NCBI GenBank assembly: GCA_038245905.1
Contig: JBBRRY010000015.1
Location: 14,611-78,610, forward strand
Length of the DNA: 64,000 nt
From: Thermoanaerobaculia bacterium
GTDB lineage: Bacteria > Acidobacteriota > Thermoanaerobaculia > UBA5066
Direction of reading: 5' to 3'
The position numbers were made by a program, and so were the translations under genes. The notes beneath the pieces are model-generated. The model ran no database searches, was not told the DNA's origin, and saw only the letters and a program-made list of their open reading frames with translations. Numbering within the stretch: the first letter of the stretch is position 1; each line of letters begins with the position of its first letter. Positions 63,441-64,000 of the stretch are shown here, in pieces.

Positions 63441-64000
63441 ATGATGAGTTTCATCCGAACGTCCGTCGTCGTCGCGTCTGCTCTGGTCACGATCCTGTCG
63501 ACCGGTCCGGCTCTGGCCCACTGCGATACGGCCGACGGCCCCGTCGTCGCCGACGCGAGGGTCGCGCTCGAAAAGGGAGACGTCACGCCCGTTCTCAAGT
63601 GGGTCAGGCCCGCCGCGGAAGTTGAGGTCAAGGCGGCCTTCGCGCGCGCGCTTGCGGCACGCGGGAAGGGCCCGGAGATCCGGGCGCTGGCCGACGAGTA
63701 CTTCTTCGAGAACCTCGTGAGGATCCATCGGGCCGGAGAGGGCGCGCCCTACACAGGCATCCTGCCCGCCGGAACGCCCGTCGAACCGGCGATCGCGCTG
63801 GCCGACGAGGCTCTCGGCAGCGGCAACGCCGACAAGCTCGTGAAGGCCATCGCGCACCACGTCGAGGAAGGGATCCGCGAGCGGTTCGCGCGCGCCGCAG
63901 CCGCGAAGAAACAATCCGGCACGAGCGTGGCGTCCGGGCGGGAATTCGTCGAGGCGTACGTGGAGCTCACGCACTACGTCGAGCGCCTGCACCTCGACGC
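63441..64000 (+). CDS. Secreted DUF6448-like protein, partial (runs off the right edge)
   Basis: Not in the ORF track. ATG at 63441 after AAAGGGGA. MMSFIRTSVVVASALVTILSTGPALAHCDTADGPVVADARVALEKGDVTPVLKWV...FFENLVRIHRAGEGAPYTG... The mature N-terminus would start with HCDT. Confidence 0.6.
   Translation, partial: MMSFIRTSVVVASALVTILSTGPALAHCDTADGPVVADARVALEKGDVTPVLKWVRPAAEVEVKAAFARALAARGKGPEIRALADEYFFENLVRIHRAGEGAPYTGILPAGTPVEPAIALADEALGSGNADKLVKAIAHHVEEGIRERFARAAAAKKQSGTSVASGREFVEAYVELTHYVERLHLD

Overview
Very GC-rich, densely coding bacterial chromosomal segment with about 58 credible protein genes. I found no rRNA, tRNA, CRISPR array, transposase or integrase. All family calls come from reading motifs in the supplied translations; no database search was run. 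The gene content (CarboxypepD_reg-type TonB receptor, Sec-type clade II nosZ, sigma54 enhancer-binding regulator, Ser/Thr kinase with an OMP operon) suggests an Acidobacteriota- or Gemmatimonadota-like soil bacterium, but that is inference only.

Main blocks:
- (1) 2.1-10.7 kb: an unusual locus I cannot assign to a described system. It holds a STAS protein, a 3xGAF-TM-HlyD protein and a PqqD-like/M50 protease/HlyD tri-domain protein. These converge on a small leader-plus-11-aa-repeat ORF that has a near-consensus sigma54 (-24/-12) promoter. That ORF lies directly downstream of a sigma54 activator, a histidine kinase and a third HlyD adaptor. No pump is encoded.
- (2) 10.7-25 kb: housekeeping and stress genes (aminotransferase, S9 peptidase, Dps, GlsB, EttA, VOC protein, a three-subunit molybdenum hydroxylase, EamA).
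- (3) 25-34.4 kb: a peptidoglycan-fragment recycling neighbourhood. It includes a YkfC-like NlpC/P60 protein and an AmpD-like amidase, each fused to a class A beta-lactamase-fold domain. It also has a Tat-signal dipeptide epimerase, a DUF1624/NagX-like membrane protein and a BadF-kinase/murQ/short nagA string.
- (4) 34.5-50.9 kb: CoA-transferase, GT39/TPR protein, TonB receptor, a Ser/Thr kinase-TPR-OMP operon, APC permease, a type IIA topoisomerase B subunit and trmJ.
- (5) 51-64 kb: a clade II nitrous-oxide reductase cluster (nosZ-B-D-F-L-Y). It is preceded, in one overlapping gene string, by a GltD-like flavo-FeS protein, a Rieske protein, cytochrome b and a pentahaem cytochrome c.

Most of the long ORFs in the track are out-of-frame or antisense artefacts of the high GC content and were rejected.
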